IMG/VR virus record: IMGVR_UViG_3300031972_002446
Span: 1-64,000 of that record
DNA length: 64,000 nucleotides
Reading direction: 5' to 3' (one strand)
From: a virus
Shown: piece after piece, positions 29,261-39,503 of the stretch
How the letters are laid out: each line of letters opens with the position of its first letter
How positions within the stretch are numbered: position 1 is the stretch's first letter
Notes under the pieces: model-generated
Databases searched by the model: none
The model's input: only the letters and a program-made list of their open reading frames with translations
Told to the model about the DNA's origin: nothing
Translations under genes and position numbers: made by a program

Positions 29261-29581
29261 TATACATCGCCTTTAAATAATTTTTCATCAATATCTATTA
29301 AGGTCTGGGCGTTATCTTTTAGAAAGTTTTCTATCTTATTTTCGATAGAAGTAATTTGACCTTTTATTACTATTATATCCTTAACCGCTTCCTCGGACTT
29401 CTTAATTTTTTTCATAATATTTACCTCAAAAGGGAAGTCGAGTATTTGTATTCACAAACAATAATACACCAATTAATCTTTTTTATCTCTAACTATACTA
29501 AATAAGGTATATATTATAGCAATATCTATTATGTATTTTATCCATATAACACTTAAAACATCCATTAATCCATGTTGCATC

Positions 29582-30397
29582 TTATTCTCCTTTAATTCTG
29601 CTATATAGTTTAATTATATCGTCATTAAATACTTTTTCTGCTTGAACACTTTTGTAGTCCTTTTTTTTATACACCCTTTTAGTATTACATCCTCCAGACC
29701 TAGACATTTTATCTTCAAAAAAATCTTGATAACTTCTAGTATAATAATGATTAATTCGCATCACTCTGTCAATGATTGGTTCTGTTTTATTTTCGTCTTT
29801 AAGAGTATGGCCGTAAAAATTTATAAGTCTTTGCTTATCTACATTAACAGTTCCTCTTTGTGTAGTACAACCATGAGGACTACATATGTCAAGCACCCTC
29901 ATAGGATACACAAAAGATTTTATATGTAGATTAGCAGGATTATTTGGGCAGCATTGAGTATACGCTTGGATAACAGATTCTTGTCTATATTTATGATTAT
30001 TAGAACCAAACATTAGCCAATATAAACCTATACCATCAACGTCTTCATACCTACAAAGATAATCTTTAATATTTTTAGATTCTTCCAATAACACAACAAA
30101 TTCATCACTATCAACGAAACCCACCCACCTGTATCCATGTAATCTTTTTAAACAATTTTTATACGCTCTTAACTGTTTACCATCTTGATTATCTTTACGC
30201 CAAGAAATAATACTCACTAATCCTTTTTTTATATACAAAACCAATGAGTCATAAAGTATCTGTTTATCATATTCGCAATTATCATATATGCATATCTTAT
30301 CTATGCCAATATGTAAATGATATTCCACCCACTCTTTCACATATTCAGGTCTATCTCTACAAAACAGACACAATGCTACATAGTTATTGCTCTTCAT
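29582..30397 (-). CDS. GT92/GT2_4-like glycosyltransferase
   Basis: EWVEYH..IG.D...IYDN, WVGFVDSDEF, RINHYYTRS; start chosen at MKSNN. Confidence 0.85.
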   Translation of the reverse strand: MKSNNYVALCLFCRDRPEYVKEWVEYHLHIGIDKICIYDNCEYDKQILYDSLVLYIKKGLVSIISWRKDNQDGKQLRAYKNCLKRLHGYRWVGFVDSDEFVVLLEESKNIKDYLCRYEDVDGIGLYWLMFGSNNHKYRQESVIQAYTQCCPNNPANLHIKSFVYPMRVLDICSPHGCTTQRGTVNVDKQRLINFYGHTLKDENKTEPIIDRVMRINHYYTRSYQDFFEDKMSRSGGCNTKRVYKKKDYKSVQAEKVFNDDIIKLYSRIKGE

Positions 30398-30518
30398 TTT
30401 CTGTATCATTTTCTTGATCGTTTTGCTCTTGATCGCCAAAAATTCTTTCATAGTTTTGTGACCAAGTTTTGAAATCAATACCTAAAGGTCTATTTCTATC
30501 TCCTTTTCCGTTAGACAT
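30384..30518 (-). CDS. Small phage protein (GKGDR...NY.RIF type)
   Basis: Manual translation MSNGKGDRNRPLGIDFKTWSQNYERIFG..., GGAG RBS. Confidence 0.55.
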   Translation of the reverse strand: MSNGKGDRNRPLGIDFKTWSQNYERIFGDQEQNDQENDTENEEQ

Positions 30519-31168
30519 TAATATCTCCTTTGATTTTTTTGGTAATTAAATAAAGACTCGACATCCCAATTAATATTTTTATTTATAATATCTTTATGTC
30601 TATTTTCTATATTGTATGGTTGTTTGTGTTTTGTTTTTTCAAAATTTTTATTTTTTATTTTTATAGAAAACACTTCGGAAATACTTGCAATAACACCTTC
30701 CAAATTATTACATAAATCTTCATACCTTATATGGTAATGATTATTGTTCATTGACGGCACAGTATCGTGCAGATATAATAATTTTCTTTCTCTCATTTGG
30801 AAAATGTTTTTATGTCTAGAATTATCTTTCCAATATCTATCATCAGTTCTTTCTTTACCATAATCGGGATGTCTATTTCCATGATGTATAGAATACCATT
30901 CTGATAACAAAAAACTTTCAAATGTCTTCATATGAAAAGGCACATGATGTTTGCTTTCAAATAAAGCAGATAACCAATCATAAGGATTTCTTACTACACA
31001 TAAAAACAATGTATCATTAGAATCTTTCATGCCTTGATCATGCCAACCCATAAAGTGTTTTGGCCCAAAGTCAAAAGTATATTTTAAATCAAATACTTTA
31101 GGTATGAGTCTTTCTATATAGTTAGTTCCACAATTTCTTTCTGCACAAACTGTAAATTTTTTAATCAT
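30518..31168 (-). CDS. Sulfotransferase-like protein
   Basis: ERNCGTNY (5'-PSB), VRNPYDWL.A, IRYEDL. Confidence 0.75.
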   Translation of the reverse strand: MIKKFTVCAERNCGTNYIERLIPKVFDLKYTFDFGPKHFMGWHDQGMKDSNDTLFLCVVRNPYDWLSALFESKHHVPFHMKTFESFLLSEWYSIHHGNRHPDYGKERTDDRYWKDNSRHKNIFQMRERKLLYLHDTVPSMNNNHYHIRYEDLCNNLEGVIASISEVFSIKIKNKNFEKTKHKQPYNIENRHKDIINKNINWDVESLFNYQKNQRRY

Positions 31169-31869
31169 GCTTCTAATACATAACTCCAGTATCTACTATC
31201 TTCTTTATCTTGTAGAGCATCCCAGTAAACACATCTAGCAATATAAGAAGGCACTTTTATTTTCCCGCAATTTACGCTCCAGTGTTGCTCCATGCGCTTG
31301 TACTTTTGCGTTCCTTGCTTACTCTTATTATAAGATAAATGCTCCATGTCGTAAAGTCTTAATTGATGTACATCACCACATAAAACTCTGGCGAAGTTTG
31401 GATGAATCATTTCTAGAGCAAAAGATACTTTAGCCATACCTAAACCAGTCACTCGATTTACAATTTCATCACGTTTTTTAACATGATACTTTTTTGTTGT
31501 CAAATAAAAGTCAGTAGGTTTAGCCCAGAACTGTGTTGCAAAATCCCAGATGTATTTTGTACGATTGTTGTGCAGACCTACTCCTGAATTGGCTAATTTA
31601 GATAGGAGTTTTTCTTTGTCGTCGATCCATTCTTCATACTGCTTGATGGCTTCATAGCCACGACAATTCCCCTGCCAACTTGTATGAACAGAACAGTAAG
31701 CAAACAGATAACGCCTAAAAATATCGCCATGATTCTGTGGTCGTACACTTTCCCAATACTCCTTATATGCTTCTACTTTTTCTACAGGGAATGTCTTAAA
31801 AAAGTCGTCTGCTTTAGAGCGACAGTATGTAGTTTTTTTCTCAGGTTTAGTTTCTAATGCAATTACCAT
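31165..31869 (-). CDS. HhH-GPD DNA glycosylase-like protein (Ogg-like)
   Basis: GLGMAKVSF (HhH), DVH.LR; start downstream of promoter. Confidence 0.7.
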   Translation of the reverse strand: MVIALETKPEKKTTYCRSKADDFFKTFPVEKVEAYKEYWESVRPQNHGDIFRRYLFAYCSVHTSWQGNCRGYEAIKQYEEWIDDKEKLLSKLANSGVGLHNNRTKYIWDFATQFWAKPTDFYLTTKKYHVKKRDEIVNRVTGLGMAKVSFALEMIHPNFARVLCGDVHQLRLYDMEHLSYNKSKQGTQKYKRMEQHWSVNCGKIKVPSYIARCVYWDALQDKEDSRYWSYVLEA

Positions 31870-31906
31870 AACAGTCTCCAAATAGTTTCCAAATGTGATA
31901 CTATCC

Positions 31907-31935
31907 ATTCTACATTACTGTTATCGTCTTGTCAA
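31907..31935 (-). promoter_or_regulatory. Sigma70-type promoter with CGAT spacer box
   Basis: TTGACA-agacgataacagtaatg(17)-TAGAAT. Confidence 0.8.
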
Positions 31936-31967
31936 CTCAATTACTTGAGTCTTTTATATTTTATTGT

Positions 31968-32618
31968 TTATGTCCTTAAATTTGTAAACTTTTCAGTTGA
32001 ATATTTTACAGGATGATACAAACCGGGAGTGTTTATATTAAATTCTAAAGATTTATTATTTTCTATGAATTTAATATTTCTTAGTGATGGGTGACTTTCG
32101 ATTTTAATTTTATTACGATTAAGTATACTAGGAAGTCTTACCTCGCAACACATTCTCTCTTTGTATATTTGATCATATTTTTTATTTATTAAAATATCTA
32201 AACAGTTTTTAGACATGAAATATAAAGAAAAAGGCATACATCCAACCGCATATTTTTTCCATTCTTCTAATCTTAATATATGGGGCCAATTTCTCCATAT
32301 TGCAGATGTTTCGGGTATCATTTTTTTATGACATAATAGTTCGTTGTTTAGTTTAATATCAGGTAATCGTTGAGTTATTAATACATCATATTCTACTAAA
32401 GCAACATTATTATATTTTATATTATTTATCCTAGAAGGCTTTGATAAGAACCAATCTCTAACTATCATATCGCATTGAAAACCCGCAAGAGGATTTGGAT
32501 TTGTAAAATCTAATTTAATAATCTGAGCATCTGGATTGGATTCTTTTAAATATTTTAAATGTAAATATTCATTTTTGTGATTTGAGCAGGCTATTACCGT
32601 CCAATTATTTTTACTCAT
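31968..32618 (-). CDS. Hypothetical protein, glycosyltransferase-like
   Basis: VEYDV, CEVRLPS, YHPVK. Confidence 0.45.
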   Translation of the reverse strand: MSKNNWTVIACSNHKNEYLHLKYLKESNPDAQIIKLDFTNPNPLAGFQCDMIVRDWFLSKPSRINNIKYNNVALVEYDVLITQRLPDIKLNNELLCHKKMIPETSAIWRNWPHILRLEEWKKYAVGCMPFSLYFMSKNCLDILINKKYDQIYKERMCCEVRLPSILNRNKIKIESHPSLRNIKFIENNKSLEFNINTPGLYHPVKYSTEKFTNLRT

Positions 32619-33456
32619 ATGAAATGTATTTTTGTATGGACAAACTATCTTTTAAGAAATCTTCTTTGTTGATAAAATTATCTTCAATTTGCATATTGTC
32701 TTTAGATTGTTTTAATGTTGTTCTTAATTTTCTATGATTTGTTTCTAACTTTATACCGATTGTTTCATACAATAGTTTATATAGTTCGTCGGTACTCTGG
32801 TTAACTATATCTTCATAAGATAGCCAAATTTTAGGTTTTGTGCATTGTTTATATATCTCCAAGTATTCTTTCAATATATTCTTATGTGTTTCAGCATAAG
32901 ATATGAAATATTCTTTATTCCATAAAATTTTAACTTCTTGATTATTATTTAATATTGTTGGATTCTTTTTTAACGTATTTCTATTGACATTCCACAAGCC
33001 TGTTTTATGTGCTTTATTTAAACTAATAAACTGTGCTAAAACATCTTTTCTATTTAAAAATATAACAAAGTCTACCATTTCTATTATTTTATTAATTTCT
33101 TTGCTCTGACCATATAATAACTTCATGCACACATATTCGTATTTATCTGCTAACTCATCCAGTTTTACAGATAAGTGCCTATGATTTATCACACCTATAT
33201 CTAAATAGGCGGGATTGTATTGCATACTAGATACATTTTCTAGAAAATCCTTATATAGATATAATTTTTCTATTTTATTTTGTTTTATATATTTTTTTAT
33301 ATCTTCTAAGTGTTTATCTATATGGAATTTAGATCTATTAAAAAACTCAGCCAGATTATAAACATTTGATAATCCATTGCATAATTGTGTGAGTAAAAAT
33401 GAACTACCGCTTCGCATACTTGCTAATATTAGTATTTTTTTTGGTTTAGAAATCAT
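32611..33456 (-). CDS. Stf0-like sulfotransferase
   Basis: MRSGSSFL, E.FN, L.RKD.LAQFIS..KA..TG.W, SYED. Confidence 0.8.
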   Translation of the reverse strand: MISKPKKILILASMRSGSSFLLTQLCNGLSNVYNLAEFFNRSKFHIDKHLEDIKKYIKQNKIEKLYLYKDFLENVSSMQYNPAYLDIGVINHRHLSVKLDELADKYEYVCMKLLYGQSKEINKIIEMVDFVIFLNRKDVLAQFISLNKAHKTGLWNVNRNTLKKNPTILNNNQEVKILWNKEYFISYAETHKNILKEYLEIYKQCTKPKIWLSYEDIVNQSTDELYKLLYETIGIKLETNHRKLRTTLKQSKDNMQIEDNFINKEDFLKDSLSIQKYISYE

Positions 33457-34033
33457 ATTTAAAAAAATTTATCTCCTCTTTGTATCTATTTAGAACAATA
33501 TTCTTTGTTTCTTCAGTATAGTACTCTCGGTAATTTTTATGATCTGATTGATGAACATGCGGGAGGTTAGTAATATCTTCTTTAATATTAAGTTTATCAC
33601 AAACATATTGGATATCTTCTTTAAGATTTTCAAAACTTATAAAAGCATTCATTATATTTTGCTTACATTGATAATGTTTATACAAATTTTCTATTGGAAA
33701 CTTACTATTTACAAAATCATAAAAAGTAGAATCACTATCTATTGTATTTCTTTTTTTCATCCAAAAAAATTTAGAAACCATTCTGTCCCAAGTATTTCTA
33801 ATATTAGCAAATTTGAAATATGATTCCCATTGCTCTTCAGTCACATAAGGTTTAACGTGACAGGGTTTCATATGGTTCCAAAATGTTGTGCCTTCAGGGA
33901 TTGGGGGGTTTCCTCTCCATCCTACTATATCTATATTTTTATCACAAAATTGTTCAAAAAACATTTCTGTGGATGTTCCAGCAGTTTTACCAATTTTAAA
34001 ATATATGAATTTTTTGGTATGCGATATGATCAT
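33446..34033 (-). CDS. Sulfotransferase family 2
   Basis: KTAGTS, FKFANIRNTWDRMVS, FENLKED, YREYY. Confidence 0.88.
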   Translation of the reverse strand: MIISHTKKFIYFKIGKTAGTSTEMFFEQFCDKNIDIVGWRGNPPIPEGTTFWNHMKPCHVKPYVTEEQWESYFKFANIRNTWDRMVSKFFWMKKRNTIDSDSTFYDFVNSKFPIENLYKHYQCKQNIMNAFISFENLKEDIQYVCDKLNIKEDITNLPHVHQSDHKNYREYYTEETKNIVLNRYKEEINFFKYDF

Positions 34034-35349
34034 ACTGTTCTCATATCCCCATGTAGTATTTTAAATGTTGGAAATCTAAGACTAATACCTCCTTCTTGAT
34101 TTTTAGTTTCTTCAAAGTATTGTACTGTTATAATCTTGCCCACAATAGCATCAGGATTTTTATAAAAGTCTTGTCTCTGATCTATAGAGAATCCACTACC
34201 CACTCTAACTGTATTATCTTTATGTTTGATATATACACAAGAAAGCATCTCTTCTTCAGTTTCTTTACCATTTATTGTTAGAGGAAACATACCTATTTCA
34301 GTATCTAACACTTCATACTCAGCATCATGGAAAGTTTTTACTTTAAGTAAGTCTTTACTACGCTTACCTTTATACTGAACATTTTTGCGTAGCATGACAC
34401 CTTCCCATTCGTTAACATCTGCTTTAGATACCCACTGCTGGAAATGGTCGTCATCATTTACTATCTCCATTTCTAACACAGATAGACAGGGACACTCGTT
34501 GTCTTCCATAGTAAATAATAATTCTTTATATCTCTGGTAAAGATTGTGTTCACTTTTCTTTGCTTTAAACTCATCTTGTGTCATCATGTCAAAGATTTTA
34601 TAAGAAGGATTCTCGATAGTGTGATCTTTCTTGCGAAGTTGTTTCATAATACCCTGAAAGTCTTCATTACCATCTTTATCAACTAAACATAGTTCGCCAT
34701 CAAACACTATGTCAGTAAGTCCCAAAGCACTAATACTATCAGCGACCACGCCAAGAGTAAGGAACTCTTTTCCTGTGCGGGAATAGAAGGTAGTGTTGCC
34801 AAAATGATCAACAATAGCGAGACATCTAACACCATCCAGTTTCCTTGAAACAAACCACTCATCTTCCCACTCCACTAATTTAGGTTCATACTTTTCTGCA
34901 AGAGCGACACTGAACTCTGGAATAAAATCGGGTATAACTTTATTGATAAGTTTTACGCCAACTTTAGTTTTAAGGTCTTTGTCTAAAATACAATAAACAA
35001 GTTCTTCTTGTTCTGGATGCTTATTAATATAAGCATTTACAATTCTAATAGCATCATGTCCTGTAAATCTTCTAATATTCAAATCACTGAACAGTTGACA
35101 CAAGCCATATCCCGGTTCACAATCTCCGAAAAACAGGTCTGATCTTTTCTTAACTTGACTACTTGTTAAGCCATACATAAGATAATCATTGTGTGCTAGA
35201 TTCAATACGTTTCTAGCATGAAGTTGATCTCCGTTATCCTCCTCTTTACCTGCTTTACAATACTTGGCAATGATTTCCTGCTTGGCTATAGTACCACTGT
35301 TGTTACGCAGTTCGTTGATCATAGACATAACGTATTCTGTACTGTTCAT
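34030..35349 (-). CDS. lig: ATP-dependent DNA ligase
   Basis: SRKLDGVRC (KxDG), FDGEL, EGVMLR, LLKVK, VGSGFS, SLRFP. Confidence 0.95.
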   Translation of the reverse strand: MNSTEYVMSMINELRNNSGTIAKQEIIAKYCKAGKEEDNGDQLHARNVLNLAHNDYLMYGLTSSQVKKRSDLFFGDCEPGYGLCQLFSDLNIRRFTGHDAIRIVNAYINKHPEQEELVYCILDKDLKTKVGVKLINKVIPDFIPEFSVALAEKYEPKLVEWEDEWFVSRKLDGVRCLAIVDHFGNTTFYSRTGKEFLTLGVVADSISALGLTDIVFDGELCLVDKDGNEDFQGIMKQLRKKDHTIENPSYKIFDMMTQDEFKAKKSEHNLYQRYKELLFTMEDNECPCLSVLEMEIVNDDDHFQQWVSKADVNEWEGVMLRKNVQYKGKRSKDLLKVKTFHDAEYEVLDTEIGMFPLTINGKETEEEMLSCVYIKHKDNTVRVGSGFSIDQRQDFYKNPDAIVGKIITVQYFEETKNQEGGISLRFPTFKILHGDMRTV

Positions 35350-35385
35350 TATAATATCCTGTGTCCTGTGATTCCTGTTACTTGC

Positions 35386-35414
35386 AGTATATACTATTCA
35401 TCGGTAATTGTCAA
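35386..35414 (-). promoter_or_regulatory. Sigma70-type promoter with CGAT spacer box (ligase)
   Basis: TTGACA-attaccgatgaatagta(17)-TATACT. Confidence 0.8.
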
Positions 35415-35665
35415 TCACAATCTTTAGTGGAATCACCAGTAAATAACTCTTGTATAGATTCTATTTTTGATGACAAAATTTCTTTTTGAAGTTGGGCAGT
35501 TTCTTGCTCTGTTTTTAGGTCGTCTATATCCTGTTGTGCTATAGTATTTCTTACTAATTTATTAGCATGTTCATATCTTTGTATTTTTTTTGCTAAATTT
35601 TTCTCCAAAATTTCTTGTTGTTTTAATTCTAGTTTTAGAATTTTTAATTCTGTGTCTTTACTCAT
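35411..35665 (-). CDS. Hypothetical coiled-coil protein
   Basis: ORF track. Confidence 0.55.
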   Translation of the reverse strand: MSKDTELKILKLELKQQEILEKNLAKKIQRYEHANKLVRNTIAQQDIDDLKTEQETAQLQKEILSSKIESIQELFTGDSTKDCD

Positions 35666-35706
35666 TATGATATCCTATCAATTAATAACTAATATTTGTT
35701 AAATCT

Positions 35707-36462
35707 TTACATAAAATTTTCATATTGATCAATATTCATGTAATCTTGAAGATCAAATCCCTTTTTCTTCCAAAAACCATGCATATTTCTAGGCATTCTT
35801 ATATCACTATCTCTAATCTCACTAATACAAAGAGGTGGATTTAATATAGTGGATTTAAGTTTAGATGCTTCCTTCCAAACAATATGATCTATTGGTACTA
35901 TTTCACTATAATCTAAATTGTTTAATTTGTCTGACAGTTTGTGTATTGCTTTCAATGAATACCAAATAGCATATGTTCCACAAGTAATAAATTTTCTGTT
36001 TTCGGATACTGGTATATTCTTTTGATTGGTTTGGATCGCTGTTTGTTGAACTGTAGATAGAGAGTAATTATTGTAACCAAAATAAATTAAATCATACTGA
36101 TCAAATATATTCTCTAAATATAGATTGTTTAAATTTTCTTTAAACTTTTTATGAAAATACACATCATCTTCTATTACTAAACAAGAATTTATTTCTTCTG
36201 TTAGTAAGTGATTAAATAACATCTGGTAACTTAATAGACATCCAAAAGCGCCTTTATCTCCAGTTAAAATTTTCTGATGGTTTTTTCTACAGTAATTTTC
36301 ATAATCGTTATACGATTTACATTTCTTACCATCTATTGCATTGAAGTATAAGTAATTATTTAATCCTATATTTTTCATCTTAAAATTCATAAATTTTCTT
36401 CTATGAATACTTTTGCTCATTGATAATATGATTATGCTACCTAGCATTTTTGATAAAATCAT
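35707..36462 (-). CDS. GT25 glycosyltransferase
   Basis: FNAIDG, GAFGCLLS, LVIEDD, GTYAI, PID. Confidence 0.85.
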   Translation of the reverse strand: MILSKMLGSIIILSMSKSIHRRKFMNFKMKNIGLNNYLYFNAIDGKKCKSYNDYENYCRKNHQKILTGDKGAFGCLLSYQMLFNHLLTEEINSCLVIEDDVYFHKKFKENLNNLYLENIFDQYDLIYFGYNNYSLSTVQQTAIQTNQKNIPVSENRKFITCGTYAIWYSLKAIHKLSDKLNNLDYSEIVPIDHIVWKEASKLKSTILNPPLCISEIRDSDIRMPRNMHGFWKKKGFDLQDYMNIDQYENFM

Positions 36463-37216
36463 TCACTTTTTCCCTATAGACTCTCATTTCTGAGTTACAT
36501 ATAGCATCATTTACACCATTAATATTATCAACATAATGATAGTATGAAGTATTATACCGTATAGAATTATTTGTATTGTAAACATAAATTGGTTTATCAA
36601 TATATTTAGGTCTGCTGTTTTCTTGTTCTAAAACATAAAACATTTCAGCCATATCTGTTCCTACTTGTATCCATTGATTATCTATTTGTAAATAATGGGA
36701 TGGATTTATACTATTGATTAATTGACTCTTCATAGTTCTTAAATGAGATGCCGAGTTTGACATAGTATTTCTATAAGATTTTTGACGATGAACAATATTA
36801 CGAAAATCTTTTCTAGGTCTAGACATATTAGTACCCGTGCTGAGATACGAACCATAAGTGCAATTATATCCAGCATCATATTCAGTGTTTAAAATATTTA
36901 AAACACTATCTCCGTACAACCAATCATCTCCATCTAGCATACAGCATATTTCATCATCATTAGTATTCATATACCCTTGATATCTTGATCCTGCTGGCCC
37001 TATTTTTTTTGGGTTTTGTAGATAAGTAAATTTTTTAGTTAAGCCTAAATTTTTCACATAGTCTTTTACTAATTTCAATGTATTATCAGTAGAGTGATCA
37101 TCTATATATATTACTCTCCAATTATCGTATTTTTGTTTTGCTATTGACTTAATATTGTACTCATACCAATCTTTATTGTTATAAGAAGGTATAATAAACA
37201 CAAAATTAAAACCCAT
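36437..37216 (-). CDS. GT2 glycosyltransferase
   Basis: IIPSYN, IDDHSTD, LDGDDWL, SHLRT. Confidence 0.88.
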   Translation of the reverse strand: MGFNFVFIIPSYNNKDWYEYNIKSIAKQKYDNWRVIYIDDHSTDNTLKLVKDYVKNLGLTKKFTYLQNPKKIGPAGSRYQGYMNTNDDEICCMLDGDDWLYGDSVLNILNTEYDAGYNCTYGSYLSTGTNMSRPRKDFRNIVHRQKSYRNTMSNSASHLRTMKSQLINSINPSHYLQIDNQWIQVGTDMAEMFYVLEQENSRPKYIDKPIYVYNTNNSIRYNTSYYHYVDNINGVNDAICNSEMRVYREKVNDFIKNAR

Positions 37217-37823
37217 AATTAAAAGCCTTTATGTCTTTTTTGAACAGATTAAAAACGTGTTCTTTAGTTTCTTTATCATAATATGTTGAGTAGTGTTGAT
37301 GCTTAGTACTATTACAATTATCTAGTTGTATTGAGGTTATATTCATATGCTTACAAACTTTATTGAAATCATTTTGTAAATTTTCAAACTTTCCTACAAA
37401 ATCTACTGCTAAATCACCATTCACAGTTAAACAGTCATATTGTGTAGATGCTTGCCACATAATAGGTTCTCGTTTTTTATCATTCATCAACCATTCTCTA
37501 AAAGGAGTGTCGATTGTTTCTTCATGTCCCTCCCTCTGTCTGTAAAAATAATGAGAAACACATAAATCCCAAGGATTTCTAACAAAAGAGAATTTAAATA
37601 ACTTATCCCAAATAGAATTTATTTCTGGACAATCAGCAAGTATTTCTGCTGAATTATGTTTATACCTAAAGTTTGGTCTTTTTTTGATTTTAACTGTACT
37701 AGATACAACATGCGGATATAAATACTCTCGTAATGCTTTTTCTATACTGGTTGTTCCTGTTTTTTGTATTGCTATAAACAATATAGCATATGTTTTACTT
37801 AGGATCATATCCGAACCTTTCAA
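37206..37823 (-). CDS. Sulfotransferase family 2
   Basis: KTGTTS, FKFSFVRNPWD..VS, DFVGKFENL. Confidence 0.88.
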   Translation of the reverse strand: MKGSDMILSKTYAILFIAIQKTGTTSIEKALREYLYPHVVSSTVKIKKRPNFRYKHNSAEILADCPEINSIWDKLFKFSFVRNPWDLCVSHYFYRQREGHEETIDTPFREWLMNDKKREPIMWQASTQYDCLTVNGDLAVDFVGKFENLQNDFNKVCKHMNITSIQLDNCNSTKHQHYSTYYDKETKEHVFNLFKKDIKAFNYGF

Positions 37824-37945
37824 AATCTTGTTTATATTTTTCGTATACTTTATCTCTCAATGCTTTATTATAATACTCTGAATTGTGTTTATGTCCCAAG
37901 CAAGGTTTATATAATCTAGAATCTGGCATTATTCACGTTTTTGAC

Positions 37946-38200
37946 TTATGATTTATATATATTATTAAATTTTTCAATCTTATCTTTTACTTTTAACCAC
38001 TCGTTTTGATCTGTAAAAACTGTATTTAATTTGTTTGTTAGATTAGCACCGGCTTTAGAAAAACATGCGGGGATAATTGAATGGAAAATTAATAAACACC
38101 CAGCAATTATACATTTAAAACCATAGACTGAAGCAAATCTGAGATGCTGTAAATATGTCATATCATTATCTCTCAAATGCTGTTTAGATTTTTTAAACAT
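37946..38200 (-). CDS. DUF6356-like small membrane protein
   Basis: HL....MTY.QHLRFA...HSIIP..F. Confidence 0.7.
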   Translation of the reverse strand: MFKKSKQHLRDNDMTYLQHLRFASVYGFKCIIAGCLLIFHSIIPACFSKAGANLTNKLNTVFTDQNEWLKVKDKIEKFNNIYKS

Positions 38201-38249
38201 CAGATGTTTCTCCAAGTTATAGTGTGTTGTAACACTATTACTATACACC

Positions 38250-38531
38250 TTATGTTTTTACAAACTTAATATATCTCCAATGAATTGTATTGTGTAAATG
38301 GAAATTTTCAAAAAATATATATATATTCATACATTGAAAAGCGGCACAATCTTTTCTTATCTCTGGTTCAGTAACTTCGATTTCAATATGGGTAAACATG
38401 AACGTACTATGAAAGTATGTTATCTGCTTCGGTCTGCCGTCTATTAAAAATCTGAATACCTGATTATGCCGAACTATTTCAACGGCATTTAAAAGCAAGA
38501 AGAACGATAGTAAGACTGCTTTAGTTTTCAT
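38250..38531 (-). CDS. Hypothetical protein with signal-like N-terminus
   Basis: ORF track. Confidence 0.45.
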   Translation of the reverse strand: MKTKAVLLSFFLLLNAVEIVRHNQVFRFLIDGRPKQITYFHSTFMFTHIEIEVTEPEIRKDCAAFQCMNIYIFFENFHLHNTIHWRYIKFVKT

Positions 38532-38534
38532 AAG

Positions 38535-38873
38535 TGGAGGCGAGGGGAGTCGAACCCCTGTCCAGTATAAATTCCATATAAACTTCTACATCGTTAGTCT
38601 GTTGTTATTAATACTACAGACAAAACTGTTTGTCTTTCCAACGGCAAAGTGATTACACTTATCTTTATATTTAATTCAGGTATAATTCCCTATCCGATTA
38701 TCGGAGTCAACATAATTGGGTAAAAAGGTTTATGTAACCCCTCCCACCTAAGCGGCGAGTGCTAATACAGAAGTATCGGCAATTAAAATGTGATCTATTT
38801 TTAAACTGGCCTTTAGATCAACCAGTCGATGCAATCTATACTTCTATTTATCTGTCGATACCAGTACGCCCCC
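38535..38873 (-). ncRNA. ssrA: tmRNA; tag reading frame 38780-38748 encodes ADTSVLALAA*
   Basis: 5' GGGGGCG pairs with 3' CGCCTCC-A with G3:U70; GGTATCGAC; T-arm AGGGG TTCGACT CCCCT; PK1-like CTGGT/GCCAG + GATCTA/TAGATC; tag ends LALAA. Confidence 0.95.
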
Positions 38874-39050
38874 TTATATAAATCTAATGCCTTCTGGTGG
38901 TTTAGTGAAAACCTCAATGTTCTGTCTAATTATAACAGGTTGCAACTCTTTTTCAAGTTTTTTTATCTGAGAATGTTGCAGCCAATTTGTCGCTATACTA
39001 ATCATTAATAATCCCCATAAAATCCATGTAGCGGGATGTATTCTATTCAT
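38874..39050 (-). CDS. Small membrane protein (58 aa)
   Basis: Manual translation MNRIHPATWIFMGLLMISIATNW...; stop abuts tmRNA 5' end. Confidence 0.55.
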   Translation of the reverse strand: MNRIHPATWILWGLLMISIATNWLQHSQIKKLEKELQPVIIRQNIEVFTKPPEGIRFI

Positions 39051-39161
39051 AGTAGACCTTTATATAAAAATAAATAGCGTGATAGCAAGCCTAACCATCT
39101 GTATCAGTATAGATTTTTGATGATACACCCTTGGCTTTAATAGGGACGCTAATTATTCGGC

Positions 39162-39392
39162 TTAACGCCTAGTGCTTTTTTGTTTACGCTTTTTGGTAGT
39201 AGTTACACCATATCTTGTTTCACCATTCCTACCTGTAGACTTAGTGACCAGATAACCCTCTGATTTTAGCATAGGTTTAATATCGCTAATAGTTGCCCTT
39301 AGATTGCCAACATCAAACATACTTGCTGCGCTATGTTGGCTCAAAGTTCTACCCTTAACTAGATAGTTAATAACACGATCCTGTTTAGTCAT
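39162..39392 (-). CDS. Small winged-HTH-like DNA-binding protein
   Basis: VINYL..G.TLS...A...F.V.NLRA.ISDI. Confidence 0.65.
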   Translation of the reverse strand: MTKQDRVINYLVKGRTLSQHSAASMFDVGNLRATISDIKPMLKSEGYLVTKSTGRNGETRYGVTTTKKRKQKSTRR

Positions 39393-39472
39393 TTTTACCT
39401 CTAAACTTTAATGGCGTATTTAAAATAAATAATATTGCATTGTCGCCACAACCAAAACAATATTCCTGTTTT

Positions 39473-39501
39473 ATGATATTGATAACTTGTGTTTTTGTCA
39501 A
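39473..39501 (-). promoter_or_regulatory. Sigma70-type promoter
   Basis: TTGACA-17-TATCAT. Confidence 0.6.
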
Positions 39502-39503
39502 CC

